Source: an uncultured Clostridium sp. (lineage in GTDB: Bacteria > Bacillota > Clostridia > TANB77 > CAG-508). Taken from it: 64,000 bases of DNA. The stretch is from assembly GCA_964587175.1 (NCBI GenBank), contig CAZPKK010000001.1, forward strand, positions 7,684-71,683, in the 5' to 3' direction. Below, in pieces: positions 1-9,458 of this stretch (position 1 is the first letter of the stretch; each line of letters starts with the position of its first letter). Position numbers and translations under genes: made by a program. The notes under the pieces were generated by a model. That model searched no databases. It had not been told where the DNA came from and saw only the letters and a list, made by a program, of their open reading frames with translations.

Positions 1-356
1 AAGATTCGCACTCTTATTATAGCATGTTTTTTGTATAATTACGAGAGTTCCATTGTTTAATAGTATATCATTGGTTTCTTAAAAAATTTTTACAATTTTA
101 TTAATTATTTATTAATTTATTTTAATTAGATATTTAAAGAAATAATGAGTTATTATCATATTTTTATCTTCTTTTGTCATTTTTTGTCGAAATGTTTTTC
201 TTGTATATTTTTTTAACCTATGATATACTTTTTTCATCCAATTTTTAATTTTGTAGAACATCGTGATTTTCTTCTTTGCAGAATGCTCGATTTTTTTCCA
301 CAAAAATAATAGCAGATTTTCACTTTGTTTTTAAATAAAAGACAGGAGGTGATCTT

Positions 357-848
357 ATGGATAATGATGCTGTTAAATTAATATTAGATAATCTCAATTC
401 AATGTCAAATGAGATGAGGGTCAAATTTGATAGCCTAAACACAAAAATTGATGTCTCATATAAATCTCTTAATGATAAAATTGATAATGTCTTTAATTTT
501 TTAAATCAGAGAATTGATGATGTTTACATATCTCTTAACAAAAAGATTGATGATGTTAACGAATCTCTTAACAAAAAAATCGATGATGTTAACGAATCTC
601 TTAATAAAAAAATCGATGATGTTAACGAATCTCTTAATAAAAAAATCGATGAAATTAATGAAACTCTTAACAAAAAAATCGACGATGCTGTTGATTATTT
701 AACAAAAAGGATGGATCACAGAATAGACGAAGCATCTGATGCATTAAATTATAAAATAGAGATGGTTAATAGAACATTATCTGCTTCTTTTAAAAATTTA
801 GAATCTTATACTAAAGAGCAGTTTGAATTAAACAGCTCTAGTATGTAA
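357..848 (+). CDS. Hypothetical coiled-coil protein with tandem 12-aa repeats (KKIDDVNESLNK); start preceded by AGGAGG
   Basis: ORF with good RBS (acaggaggtgatcttATG). Residues 60-110 are 4-5 exact copies of a 36-bp unit tctcttaacaaaaaaatcgatgatgttaacgaa read in frame. Confidence 0.55.
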   Translation: MDNDAVKLILDNLNSMSNEMRVKFDSLNTKIDVSYKSLNDKIDNVFNFLNQRIDDVYISLNKKIDDVNESLNKKIDDVNESLNKKIDDVNESLNKKIDEINETLNKKIDDAVDYLTKRMDHRIDEASDALNYKIEMVNRTLSASFKNLESYTKEQFELNSSSM

Positions 849-855
849 ATTCATT

Positions 856-920
856 GTAAAAACCAAAGTGGCTTGCAAATGTAATTAGTAATCCTAATTA
901 TAATTGCAAGCCACTTTGGT
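856..920. terminator. Bidirectional intrinsic terminator between convergent genes
   Basis: Perfect 20-bp inverted repeat AAAACCAAAGTGGCTTGCAA ... TTGCAAGCCACTTTGGTTTT with ~25-nt loop, flanked by A/T runs. Lies between the + gene ending at 848 and the - gene ending at 1038. Confidence 0.6.
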
Positions 921-1037
921 TTTCATAGTTTTATTTTATATTTATTAATAAAGATTAAATCAAATGAAGTAACTCAAATTATTAAACAAAAAATTTCATA
1001 TAGATACTTCATTTTATGTCAAAATATTCAAATGTAG

Positions 1038-1805
1038 CTAAATTTCTAATTCCAATCCTACTGGGCAATGGTCACTTCCCATAACATCGGAGAAAATATA
1101 GCTTTCTTGTATTTTTTCTTCAATTGATTTAGATACTATAAAGTAATCTATTCTCCACCCAGCATTTTTTTCCCTTGCCTTAAACATATATGACCACCAA
1201 GTGTACATTTCTTCCTTATTTGGGTATAAATACCTAAAAGAATCTGTAAAACCCGAATTTAATAATTCCGTCATTTTATTTCGCTCTTCATCTGTGAACC
1301 CTGCATTTCTTCTGTTTGATTTTGGATTTTTTAAATCAATTTCTTTATGGGCCACATTTAAATCACCACAAATAATTACTGATTTTTTCTCATTTAATCC
1401 AAGTAAATATTTTCTAAATTCATCTTCCCAAATCATCCTATAATCTAATCTTTCCAATTCTCTTTTTGAATTTGGAGTATAACAATTCACAATATAAAAA
1501 TTATCGAACTCTAAAGTTATTACTCTTCCTTCTTTATCATGCTCCTCAATTCCAATTCCATATGTAATACCTAGTGGCTTTTGTTTAGAAAATACAGCTG
1601 TGCCTGAATATCCTTTCTTTTCAGCACTATTCCAATATGAGTTATATCCTTTAAAAATATTAGCGATATTTTCATCAATTTGATTTTCTTGCATCTTTGT
1701 TTCTTGAATACAAAATATATCAGCGTCTATTTTTTTAAAAAAATTCTTAAATCCTTTTGTTACTGCTGCTCTTAATCCATTTACATTCCATGATATTAAC
1801 TTCAT
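1038..1805 (-). CDS. xth: Exodeoxyribonuclease III (AP endonuclease, EEP family)
   Basis: N-terminus MKLISWNVNGLRA, IFCIQETK, CGDLNVAH and C-terminal SDHCPV are the hallmark ExoIII/APE motifs. 255 aa. RBS AGGAGG upstream. Confidence 0.9.
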   Translation of the reverse strand: MKLISWNVNGLRAAVTKGFKNFFKKIDADIFCIQETKMQENQIDENIANIFKGYNSYWNSAEKKGYSGTAVFSKQKPLGITYGIGIEEHDKEGRVITLEFDNFYIVNCYTPNSKRELERLDYRMIWEDEFRKYLLGLNEKKSVIICGDLNVAHKEIDLKNPKSNRRNAGFTDEERNKMTELLNSGFTDSFRYLYPNKEEMYTWWSYMFKAREKNAGWRIDYFIVSKSIEEKIQESYIFSDVMGSDHCPVGLELEI

Positions 1806-1876
1806 TTTTACCTCCTAAAAAAAAGAAGATGGTCTTCCCATCTCCTTCCATTGCTTTCATTTAATAAATATATTAA

Positions 1877-2881
1877 CTATAATGAGTTGAAATATACATT
1901 TCCACCTATAACCTCGCCAGAACGACTTCCAGCAGATCTAAATGATAAGTAAGTATGGTTTCTTTTTCCATTTAATGCATCTAATACAGCTTGTTTTACA
2001 TATGATGGATAGTTACCATTTAATCTCTTTTTCCAATTACTATCAATAGAATAACAAAACTGACCAGAAGCCTTATATTGACTTAATGGATCTGAACCGT
2101 ATTTTTTCCAACTACTACTTTCAGTTCTATTACATGCAGTAGTAATAACTGCCAAAGCGCCTTCATAACTTGAACTACATTCTTGTGCAGTTATAGCACA
2201 CAATAAATCAATTTCTTCATCAGTATAAGACCATGTTCCATTGTTATAAGTAGTTCTTGAGCTAGTACTTCTTGTTGTAATCTGTTTTGTTCTTATTTCT
2301 ATTATCTCATCAACAGGTTCTTTTATAATTTCTGATGAAATTTCAGTTTTTTCTATTTCTTCGTCATTTTGATATTTTACCTTATATGTTACCTCTTTTA
2401 TTCCGTCCTGTCCTTCTTGAACAACTTTATCTTGCTTCGTTCCAGTACCTGTTGTAACATCTTTAGTTATTGTTTCATAAGGTATAGTTACTTCCTCTAC
2501 AACTATTTTTTCTGTTATAGTTGTATAATTATCTAATACTTCTTCTGCTGTTATATCAGAAGATTTTTCGACTACTTCAGATACTTCAACATCTTCTGAT
2601 TCTTTTGATATTATTATAGTGTTATTATCAGATAATTCTTCTGTTGTATCTGGTGTTACTTTTTCATCTTCTAATAATACTATATGATTTTCATTTAAAA
2701 TATCTTTGACACTTGTCTTAGTAGTTAAGATATCCATTTCATATCCGCTAGATAAAACTATTTTTACCTTATTTACCTTGACATTTCCTGCCATTACGCC
2801 AACGCTTAATAAGAAAACAAGTATAATACTAATACATACGATTTTCTTCAGCGATATTGACGCTTTATCATTACCTTTCAT
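1877..2881 (-). CDS. Membrane-anchored cell-wall hydrolase, SleB/CwlJ (Hydrolase_2)-like C-terminal domain
   Basis: N-terminal TM/signal (IVCISIILVFLLSVGVMA), acidic linker, C-terminal ~120 aa resembling the SleB/CwlJ spore-cortex lytic domain (LLCAITAQEC...ALAVITTACNR...). RBS GGAGGG. Confidence 0.5.
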   Translation of the reverse strand: MKGNDKASISLKKIVCISIILVFLLSVGVMAGNVKVNKVKIVLSSGYEMDILTTKTSVKDILNENHIVLLEDEKVTPDTTEELSDNNTIIISKESEDVEVSEVVEKSSDITAEEVLDNYTTITEKIVVEEVTIPYETITKDVTTGTGTKQDKVVQEGQDGIKEVTYKVKYQNDEEIEKTEISSEIIKEPVDEIIEIRTKQITTRSTSSRTTYNNGTWSYTDEEIDLLCAITAQECSSSYEGALAVITTACNRTESSSWKKYGSDPLSQYKASGQFCYSIDSNWKKRLNGNYPSYVKQAVLDALNGKRNHTYLSFRSAGSRSGEVIGGNVYFNSL

Positions 2882-3230
2882 ACGAAATTTGTTCCCTCCT
2901 TTAAAAGCAACACATATATTATACCATATTTACTTTTTTCTGTCAAATTTCGGAAATTTCTCACGGAGCACTGGTACTACTGCTTTTTATTTTTTTGTTA
3001 ATTTCAAAAAATCTCCCTTAATACTATTATATTCAGCTTGTACTAAAATTATGATAATTTTTTTTAATTTATTTTGTTAATTCAATAATATAAATTACAA
3101 GTAATTTATAAGTTAGATGTAACTTATCTTGCAAATTTCACAAAATTTTCACATATAAATGTTAAATTTATTGTATAATATTTATTAATATGATATTATA
3201 CCATTATATCAAAAAAGGAGGAAATATTTT

Positions 3231-3785
3231 ATGTGGTGGATTATATTTCTTATTCTCGCAATAGTCGTTATAGCTTTCATAGTTATTTATAACAACTTAG
3301 TGACAATGAGGCAAAGAGTAAAAAATGCATGGAGTCAAATCGATGTTCAATTACAGAGAAGATTTGATTTAATTCCAAACTTGGTTGAAACTGTAAAAGG
3401 ATATATGGCACATGAGGCAGATGTACTTACTAAAATTACTGAACTACGTTCTTCATGGTCAAATGCAAAAACAATAGACCAAAAGGCTAAAATTGATAAT
3501 GAATTATCACAATCCTTAAAAACAATTATGGCTGTTGCAGAAAATTATCCAGACTTAAAAGCTAACCAAAACTTTTCAGAACTTCAAACAGAATTAACAA
3601 ATACAGAAAATAAAATATCTTATTCAAGACAATTTTATAATGACACTGTAACACGATATAATACAAAGCTTGAAGTTTTCCCTTCAAATGTAGTTGCATC
3701 AATGTTTCACTTCACAGCAGAAGCTTTATTTGAAGTAGATAATGAAGAGGCAAAAAAGAATATTAAGGTTGATTTTAATAAGTAA
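3231..3785 (+). CDS. lemA: LemA family protein
   Basis: N-terminal TM then conserved LemA sequence (NNLVTMRQRVKNAWSQIDVQLQRRFDLIPNLVETVKGYMAHE). Paired with a downstream HtpX-like protease as in many genomes. Confidence 0.85.
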   Translation: MWWIIFLILAIVVIAFIVIYNNLVTMRQRVKNAWSQIDVQLQRRFDLIPNLVETVKGYMAHEADVLTKITELRSSWSNAKTIDQKAKIDNELSQSLKTIMAVAENYPDLKANQNFSELQTELTNTENKISYSRQFYNDTVTRYNTKLEVFPSNVVASMFHFTAEALFEVDNEEAKKNIKVDFNK

Positions 3786-3923
3786 TTCACAAGCGGTGAA
3801 AGCTCTTTATATTATGAATTTTCATCGCTCTTTTACTTATTCATTCGTTATCTTCGCTTGTATTATTTCCAGCCTTACAACCATCATTAAAATTAATAGA
3901 TTTTTATAAAAGGACTGATTATT

Positions 3924-4817
3924 ATGTATGAGGATATACAAAAAAATAAATTAAAAACTGGTGTAATTATAGGAATATTTTTATTAATAATTACTTTAAT
4001 TGTATATTATGTATGCATGGCTTTTCGTTTAGGTGCTATTTCAATTGTTATTGCAATGCTATTTGCTATAGCCACCTCTTGGGCTTCATACTATTATAGT
4101 GATAGGATTATTCTTTCTATTAACAAGGCTCACGAAGCTTCTCCAGAACAATACAAACAATTGAATAATATATTAGAAGGATTAATGGTGTCTTCTGGTT
4201 TGGAATATAAACCAAGATTATATGTAGTAGATGATTCACAACCAAATGCTTTTGCAACAGGAAGAAATCCTGAAAATGCTATAATTTGTGTTACTACTGG
4301 TTTGCTTGAAAAAATGGATTATTATGAACTTGAAGGAGTAATAGCTCATGAGTTATCACATGTAAAAAATTATGACATAAGACTTTCTGCCGTTGTTACT
4401 GTCATGGTTGGATTCATAGTTATTCTTACAGACTGGGTTAGTAGAGCATTTTTCTGGGGTGGTGGAAGAGACAGAGATGAAAGAGCAAATCCTATTCTTA
4501 TGTTAATTGGTTTACTTTGTTTAATTTTAGCACCTATTTTTGGTAAATTAATGCAACTTGCATTATCACGTCGTAGAGAATATTTAGCAGATGCAAGTGC
4601 TGTTGAATTAACTAGAAACCCAGATGGACTAATTTCCGCTCTTAAAAAATTGGATGCATACCCAAACGAATTAAAAACTGCAAACAACTCCACAGCACAT
4701 ATGTATATAGTAAGCCCATTTAGAGCAAATACAAAAAATGGAAGAAGAAAAACAAGCCTATTTTCTACCCACCCATCAATAGAAGATAGAATTGAAGCAA
4801 TTAGAAATTTAAAATAA
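3924..4817 (+). CDS. htpX: Zinc metalloprotease HtpX-like (peptidase M48)
   Basis: Two N-terminal TM helices, HEXXH motif (IAHELSHVKNYD), downstream EYLADASAVELT motif typical of M48/HtpX. Confidence 0.85.
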   Translation: MYEDIQKNKLKTGVIIGIFLLIITLIVYYVCMAFRLGAISIVIAMLFAIATSWASYYYSDRIILSINKAHEASPEQYKQLNNILEGLMVSSGLEYKPRLYVVDDSQPNAFATGRNPENAIICVTTGLLEKMDYYELEGVIAHELSHVKNYDIRLSAVVTVMVGFIVILTDWVSRAFFWGGGRDRDERANPILMLIGLLCLILAPIFGKLMQLALSRRREYLADASAVELTRNPDGLISALKKLDAYPNELKTANNSTAHMYIVSPFRANTKNGRRKTSLFSTHPSIEDRIEAIRNLK

Positions 4818-4925
4818 AGCACTTGAATTACAAACTTTTAAGTTGCTAGATATATTTTATAAATAAACTACAATTTAAATCTGTCTCCTTTTTTCAAATT
4901 CATATCTAGTAACCCCGAATTTTAA

Positions 4926-5714
4926 TTAGCCAAGCCCAAATATTTTGCAAGCATTCTCATAAGTTATTTTTGCAATTTTCCCAAAATCCATTTGCTTAAC
5001 CTCAGCTATTTTTTGAGCAACATATTTTACATTTCTAGAATCGTTGCGTTTTCCTCTATTAGGTTCTGGCGATAGATACGGACTATCTGTTTCAATTAAA
5101 ATTCTATCTAATGGTACCATCTCTATTATTTCATTTGCATTTTTTGAATTTCTAAATGTAATTGGACCAGCAAAAGAAATGTAAAATCCCAATTTCAAAG
5201 CGTCTTTTACTAACTCCCTATTTAGCGGACAACAGTGAAATACGCCTTTTTTTGTAACTATATGTTCTTTTAGTATTTGCAAAGTATCCATTACTGCTTC
5301 TCTTGTATGAATAACTATTGGTAGCTTTTCTTCGTTTGCTAATTCAATTTGCTTGATAAAAGCTTCTTTTTGTAGCTCAATATTATCTGTATTCCAGTGA
5401 TAATCTAAACCAATTTCTCCAATAGCCACTATTTTATTTTTATATTTTTCATTTTTCACGAATTCCGATAACTCTTTTATTTGTTCTCTTAACATTTCTC
5501 TTGTGCTTGGCAAATCATTAGGAGAAATACCAGAAATTGTGTACATCCACTCATATTTTTCTGCTATTTTCAGTGCATATTTGGAAGAAGATAAACTATA
5601 TCCTGCATTAACTAATTTTGTAACACCTGATTTATATATAGAGTCAATAATCTCTTCTCTATCCTGATTAAACTTTTCATCATTATAATGTGCATGTGAA
5701 TCAAAAAGTTCCAT
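4926..5714 (-). CDS. tatD: TatD family metal-dependent hydrolase (DNase)
   Basis: MELFDSHAHYNDEKF N-terminus (HxH), EIGLDYHW, IHTREA and ETDSPYL motifs of TatD. Confidence 0.9.
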   Translation of the reverse strand: MELFDSHAHYNDEKFNQDREEIIDSIYKSGVTKLVNAGYSLSSSKYALKIAEKYEWMYTISGISPNDLPSTREMLREQIKELSEFVKNEKYKNKIVAIGEIGLDYHWNTDNIELQKEAFIKQIELANEEKLPIVIHTREAVMDTLQILKEHIVTKKGVFHCCPLNRELVKDALKLGFYISFAGPITFRNSKNANEIIEMVPLDRILIETDSPYLSPEPNRGKRNDSRNVKYVAQKIAEVKQMDFGKIAKITYENACKIFGLG

Positions 5715-5842
5715 TTTATAACTCCTTTCTTATATATCTTAGGGACAGATTTAAATCTGTCCCCTATTATCTAAAATTAAATACTTATCTTTTTTATAGT
5801 CTGTATCAAAGTAAATCAAATCTGAAAAACACTTCTTTTTTC

Positions 5843-6244
5843 CTAATTTTCAATTACTGCTACTGCCACTGCTACTGCATATTCCTTTATATGCGAAATA
5901 CTAATGTCTATATTTTTGAAATTGAAATTATCCGCAGTTTTAGTTATATTTTGTATCAGTTTTTCCACATTTACTTCAGGTTTTCCACCATCAACATTTA
6001 TTATCTCTATATTCTTCCATAAAGCATCTTCTCTTCCACTAATATATTCAGAAACCGCCTTAAATATTGCCTCTTTTGCTGCAAATCTAGCCGCAAAGTG
6101 TTGATATTTCATTACTTCCGACTTATTACAGTATTTTATTTCTTTTTCTGTATATATCTTATTTAAGAAGCTATCCCCCATCTCTTGTATAGCTTCTTTT
6201 ATTCGTTCAACTTCAATTATATCTATTCCTGTTGTAACCTTCAT
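5843..6244 (-). CDS. acpS: Holo-[acyl-carrier-protein] synthase (4'-phosphopantetheinyl transferase)
   Basis: GIDIIEVERI...FAARFAAKEAIFKA; ~130 aa; classic AcpS motifs. Confidence 0.85.
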   Translation of the reverse strand: MKVTTGIDIIEVERIKEAIQEMGDSFLNKIYTEKEIKYCNKSEVMKYQHFAARFAAKEAIFKAVSEYISGREDALWKNIEIINVDGGKPEVNVEKLIQNITKTADNFNFKNIDISISHIKEYAVAVAVAVIEN

Positions 6245-6284
6245 TTATAACTATCCTCTCTACTCTCTTTAGCTTAATATCTTA

Positions 6285-7538
6285 CTACCTTATACTCACA
6301 TAAATAATTGTAAGAAGATTAATCACTAATATTACAGCAATAATAACCATTGTAGCTTTATTATTTTTTTTCATTTCCTCAACTTTATACCTTTTATATG
6401 TAACATCATATTCACTTTTTAGCTTTATAAATGATTCTTCTATTTCTAGATTTTCCATCCAGCTTTTTTCTAATCTTCTTCCAAATTCTTCATTTGTAAT
6501 ATCTTGTATCCAAATGTTCTCTGTAAATCTAATGAAACTTTTCTCTGCATTCTTAAATTTATTCCTAAATTCATAATTTAATTTATTTAACATCATTTTT
6601 TTGTATAAAACCAATATATATGTATATAAGTATTCACTTTCGTATTTCTGAGGTACCACAGTAAAATTAGTTGTATTTATATTAGATGTAAATAAAACTG
6701 TACTTGCCACAGTAAATCCATACCTTATATATTGGTTTTTATATATTGACTTTCTTTCTTTTATTTTACTATTACCTTCTATAGAATATCTATCATCTAC
6801 TATTTGAGAATTAGCAGGTTGCACAGAACGAAATTTTTCAAATATGTTATCTAATCCTTCATGCTCTGTATTTTCTCCCCAATCTTTTTGATCTAAGCAT
6901 GCATACGAATATACAAAAAACTTTTCATTTCCTATGTTGGCTTTTCTAGAAATTAAATCATTTCCAGTAATATCTTTTATTAATACAGAAATATCTTTTA
7001 CATTTTTAAAAGAATTAGACTGAATTTTTATATTTTCATATTCTTTTAAATTATAAGCTTCTGAATTTATTTCTCTAAATTTATAATTAAAATTTAATAA
7101 ATCTGAAAAAGTATCACTATCTCCAAGATTAGTCTTAAATATTAAAAAACAAGCTCCGGTTTTATAACATATAATCTTTATCTCTGATATTTCAAAAAAT
7201 ATACCGTTTTCTGTTTCAACCTTTCCTTGCAAATTTTCAGTTAATTCATAATTAAATATATTACACTCATATTTAGAAAGCAAAGTAGACTGCAGTGCTG
7301 TATCTAATTTCTTAAAATCTTTAATTGCATTTTTATCAAGCCCCAAAGACCAAAACATATACTCTCTAATTGCAGGCAAAAAATATGTATACAAATGTAT
7401 GTCTCTTTGTCTATCAAAAAATCTTACTTTACACTTTGGATTTCTAAGTAGATTCTGTAAATATTTCTTATATTTAGTTTCTTCAATCATATACGGATAA
7501 ATAAAATATGTATACTGATATTTTGTCGTAAGTTCCAA
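6285..7538 (-). CDS. Hypothetical protein with C-terminal transmembrane anchor
   Basis: 417-aa ORF; only a C-terminal hydrophobic helix (MVIIAVILVINLLTIIYVSIR) recognised. Confidence 0.4.
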   Translation of the reverse strand: MELTTKYQYTYFIYPYMIEETKYKKYLQNLLRNPKCKVRFFDRQRDIHLYTYFLPAIREYMFWSLGLDKNAIKDFKKLDTALQSTLLSKYECNIFNYELTENLQGKVETENGIFFEISEIKIICYKTGACFLIFKTNLGDSDTFSDLLNFNYKFREINSEAYNLKEYENIKIQSNSFKNVKDISVLIKDITGNDLISRKANIGNEKFFVYSYACLDQKDWGENTEHEGLDNIFEKFRSVQPANSQIVDDRYSIEGNSKIKERKSIYKNQYIRYGFTVASTVLFTSNINTTNFTVVPQKYESEYLYTYILVLYKKMMLNKLNYEFRNKFKNAEKSFIRFTENIWIQDITNEEFGRRLEKSWMENLEIEESFIKLKSEYDVTYKRYKVEEMKKNNKATMVIIAVILVINLLTIIYVSIR

Positions 7539-7636
7539 AATTAATTCCTCCTAAGTTATTTCAATGCTTCATTAATTATTATATATTTTATTTTCTTTTA
7601 GTTTTACTTTATTGACACTTTATCATTAATATTGTC

Positions 7637-9178
7637 TTACTCATCTGTAAAGTAGTATAAATTTAAATCTTCTCCTAAATGCCATTTGCCAATAAACTCT
7701 ACTAAAGCATTATTATCTAAATCATATGAAGGTGCAACTGTAACTTCTCCCCTTGAATTTATAGTTCCCCATAATCCATTTTGCTTTACACTTGCATACC
7801 CATAATCATTTTGTTCTCTAGCATCATCATAAATATAATCTACTATAACATTACCATTTCTATCTACAAAGCCATATTTTCCTTCTTCATTCCTACTTAA
7901 GAAAAGAGTGTTACTAGTTAAAACCTCTGTCGAATCTTTCTCTTCAAATCTAAAATTATAATATTTATATTCGTCATTTTCTCTAACCTTAATATATCCA
8001 TTTGACACATTTAACTCTGAGATAATTACACCTGATAATTTCACATTCATATCCGTATCTATTAAATCTGAGGTATAATCATCATTTGTAGCTTCATAAA
8101 AGTTTGCTGTTTCCCTATAGACAATACCATTATAATTAAAATCAACAAGCACATTGCCTTCAGTATCAATTATTCCATATTTTGAATCTTGACTTACGAT
8201 ATAATTGTTCCCAGTAGCATATGCAATGCTATCATATTCAATATCTATAACACTTTGTCCATCAGAAATAGCTACTATTCCATAACTTCCATTATCCTCA
8301 ACAATGGCATTTTCATTATTAACAGATATAATGTCATCATATTCTCCAGATAAGTATTCATTTCCATCAGTGTCAACAATCTTCCAGTTTGAATCTTGCC
8401 TTACTATGTAATATCTTCCATTACAATACACATTTTTTATGTCATCATATTCAGTATCTATAGCAACTGTTTTTGTGTAATTTATCACACCTTTATTACC
8501 ATTTTCATCAGTTACAATATAACCATTTTCATATTGGTCAGATATTGGCTCTATCCCAGCATATTCATTTTCTATTATTACAGAACCAACATTATCTACA
8601 ATTCCATATAATCCTTCTTTTTCTGTAAGTAAACTATTAGTTACTCCTTGAAGTGCTGTTATATCATCATATTCGCAATTTACCAATAAACTTCCAGATG
8701 TATTTACAATTCCATATTTTCCATCTTGAGAAACCTTTAAAATCCCACTTTCATACCATAAATTGTTACTGTCATCATAATTTTCTATAGCCTCAACTGT
8801 ATCATATTCAGTAAATAATTCTTCTCCATTTGCATTAAGTACTAAAGTATCATATGTTCCTTCACTATAATCCACATTTACTGTACATATAAAAATTGCC
8901 TCAGAACTATCTGGTATAACTATATATTCATCATATTCTGGTTCAATTATTATATTACCACTAGAATCAATTACACCCCATTTTTCTTCAGTATATACTG
9001 GAAAATATCTTAGCGCTACTGTTTTCTCTTGTGTTACACTATCAGTATTAAACAATTTATTTATACCAACTACAAACATAATTATTACTGCAATTGCTAT
9101 TATAACTGCAAATACTTTTTTTATGTTCAGCTTTTGCTCCCCATCATATCTTTTTCCTTTACCCATACTGACCTCCAA
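7637..9178 (-). CDS. WG-repeat (KWG) containing membrane-anchored protein
   Basis: N-terminal TM, then many repeats of the type GKYGIVNTSG..L..CEYDDI (WG/KWG repeat family). Likely true start is the ATG at 9166 (MGKGKR), since GGAGGT sits inside the first codons of the longest ORF. Confidence 0.6.
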   Translation of the reverse strand: MEVSMGKGKRYDGEQKLNIKKVFAVIIAIAVIIMFVVGINKLFNTDSVTQEKTVALRYFPVYTEEKWGVIDSSGNIIIEPEYDEYIVIPDSSEAIFICTVNVDYSEGTYDTLVLNANGEELFTEYDTVEAIENYDDSNNLWYESGILKVSQDGKYGIVNTSGSLLVNCEYDDITALQGVTNSLLTEKEGLYGIVDNVGSVIIENEYAGIEPISDQYENGYIVTDENGNKGVINYTKTVAIDTEYDDIKNVYCNGRYYIVRQDSNWKIVDTDGNEYLSGEYDDIISVNNENAIVEDNGSYGIVAISDGQSVIDIEYDSIAYATGNNYIVSQDSKYGIIDTEGNVLVDFNYNGIVYRETANFYEATNDDYTSDLIDTDMNVKLSGVIISELNVSNGYIKVRENDEYKYYNFRFEEKDSTEVLTSNTLFLSRNEEGKYGFVDRNGNVIVDYIYDDAREQNDYGYASVKQNGLWGTINSRGEVTVAPSYDLDNNALVEFIGKWHLGEDLNLYYFTDE

Positions 9179-9458
9179 AAAAGCTTATTTTTTCCATATA
9201 TACTATATCATATTTTAGAGAAGATTTACAACAGGTTTCTACTTTTTTTAACATTTTTTTAATCTTGAATTTCACTTTTCAATTGACCTTTTTTTATCTC
9301 TATTTTAATTGTCCCATAAACATTACATTGTCAGAAACAGCTTCATTGTTCCAAAATGGAACAATGAAGCTGTTTCTTTGTTTTATTTCTTGATAGCAGG
9401 ACTATCTCCAATGTTTCATTTCTGGAACATTGGAGCTGTCCCTTTTTGATTCTTTTGC

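Noticed and set aside
514-702. 62-aa ORF in an alternative frame within the tandem-repeat region
   Set aside because: It is simply the 36-bp repeat read out of frame (repetitive MMLTNLL). The +1 frame ORF 357-848 has the RBS and is the plausible gene.
357-848. Possible CRISPR array (regular 36-bp periodicity)
   Set aside because: Repeats are directly adjacent with no unique spacers and lie in frame inside an ORF with a strong RBS.
4370-4822. Antisense ORFs overlapping annotated genes (e.g. 4370-4822, 12309-12491, 17136-17342, 30284-30655, 37579-38004)
   Set aside because: Shadow ORFs on the opposite strand of well-supported genes. Low-complexity or hydrophobic translations typical of AT-rich antisense frames, with no RBS.
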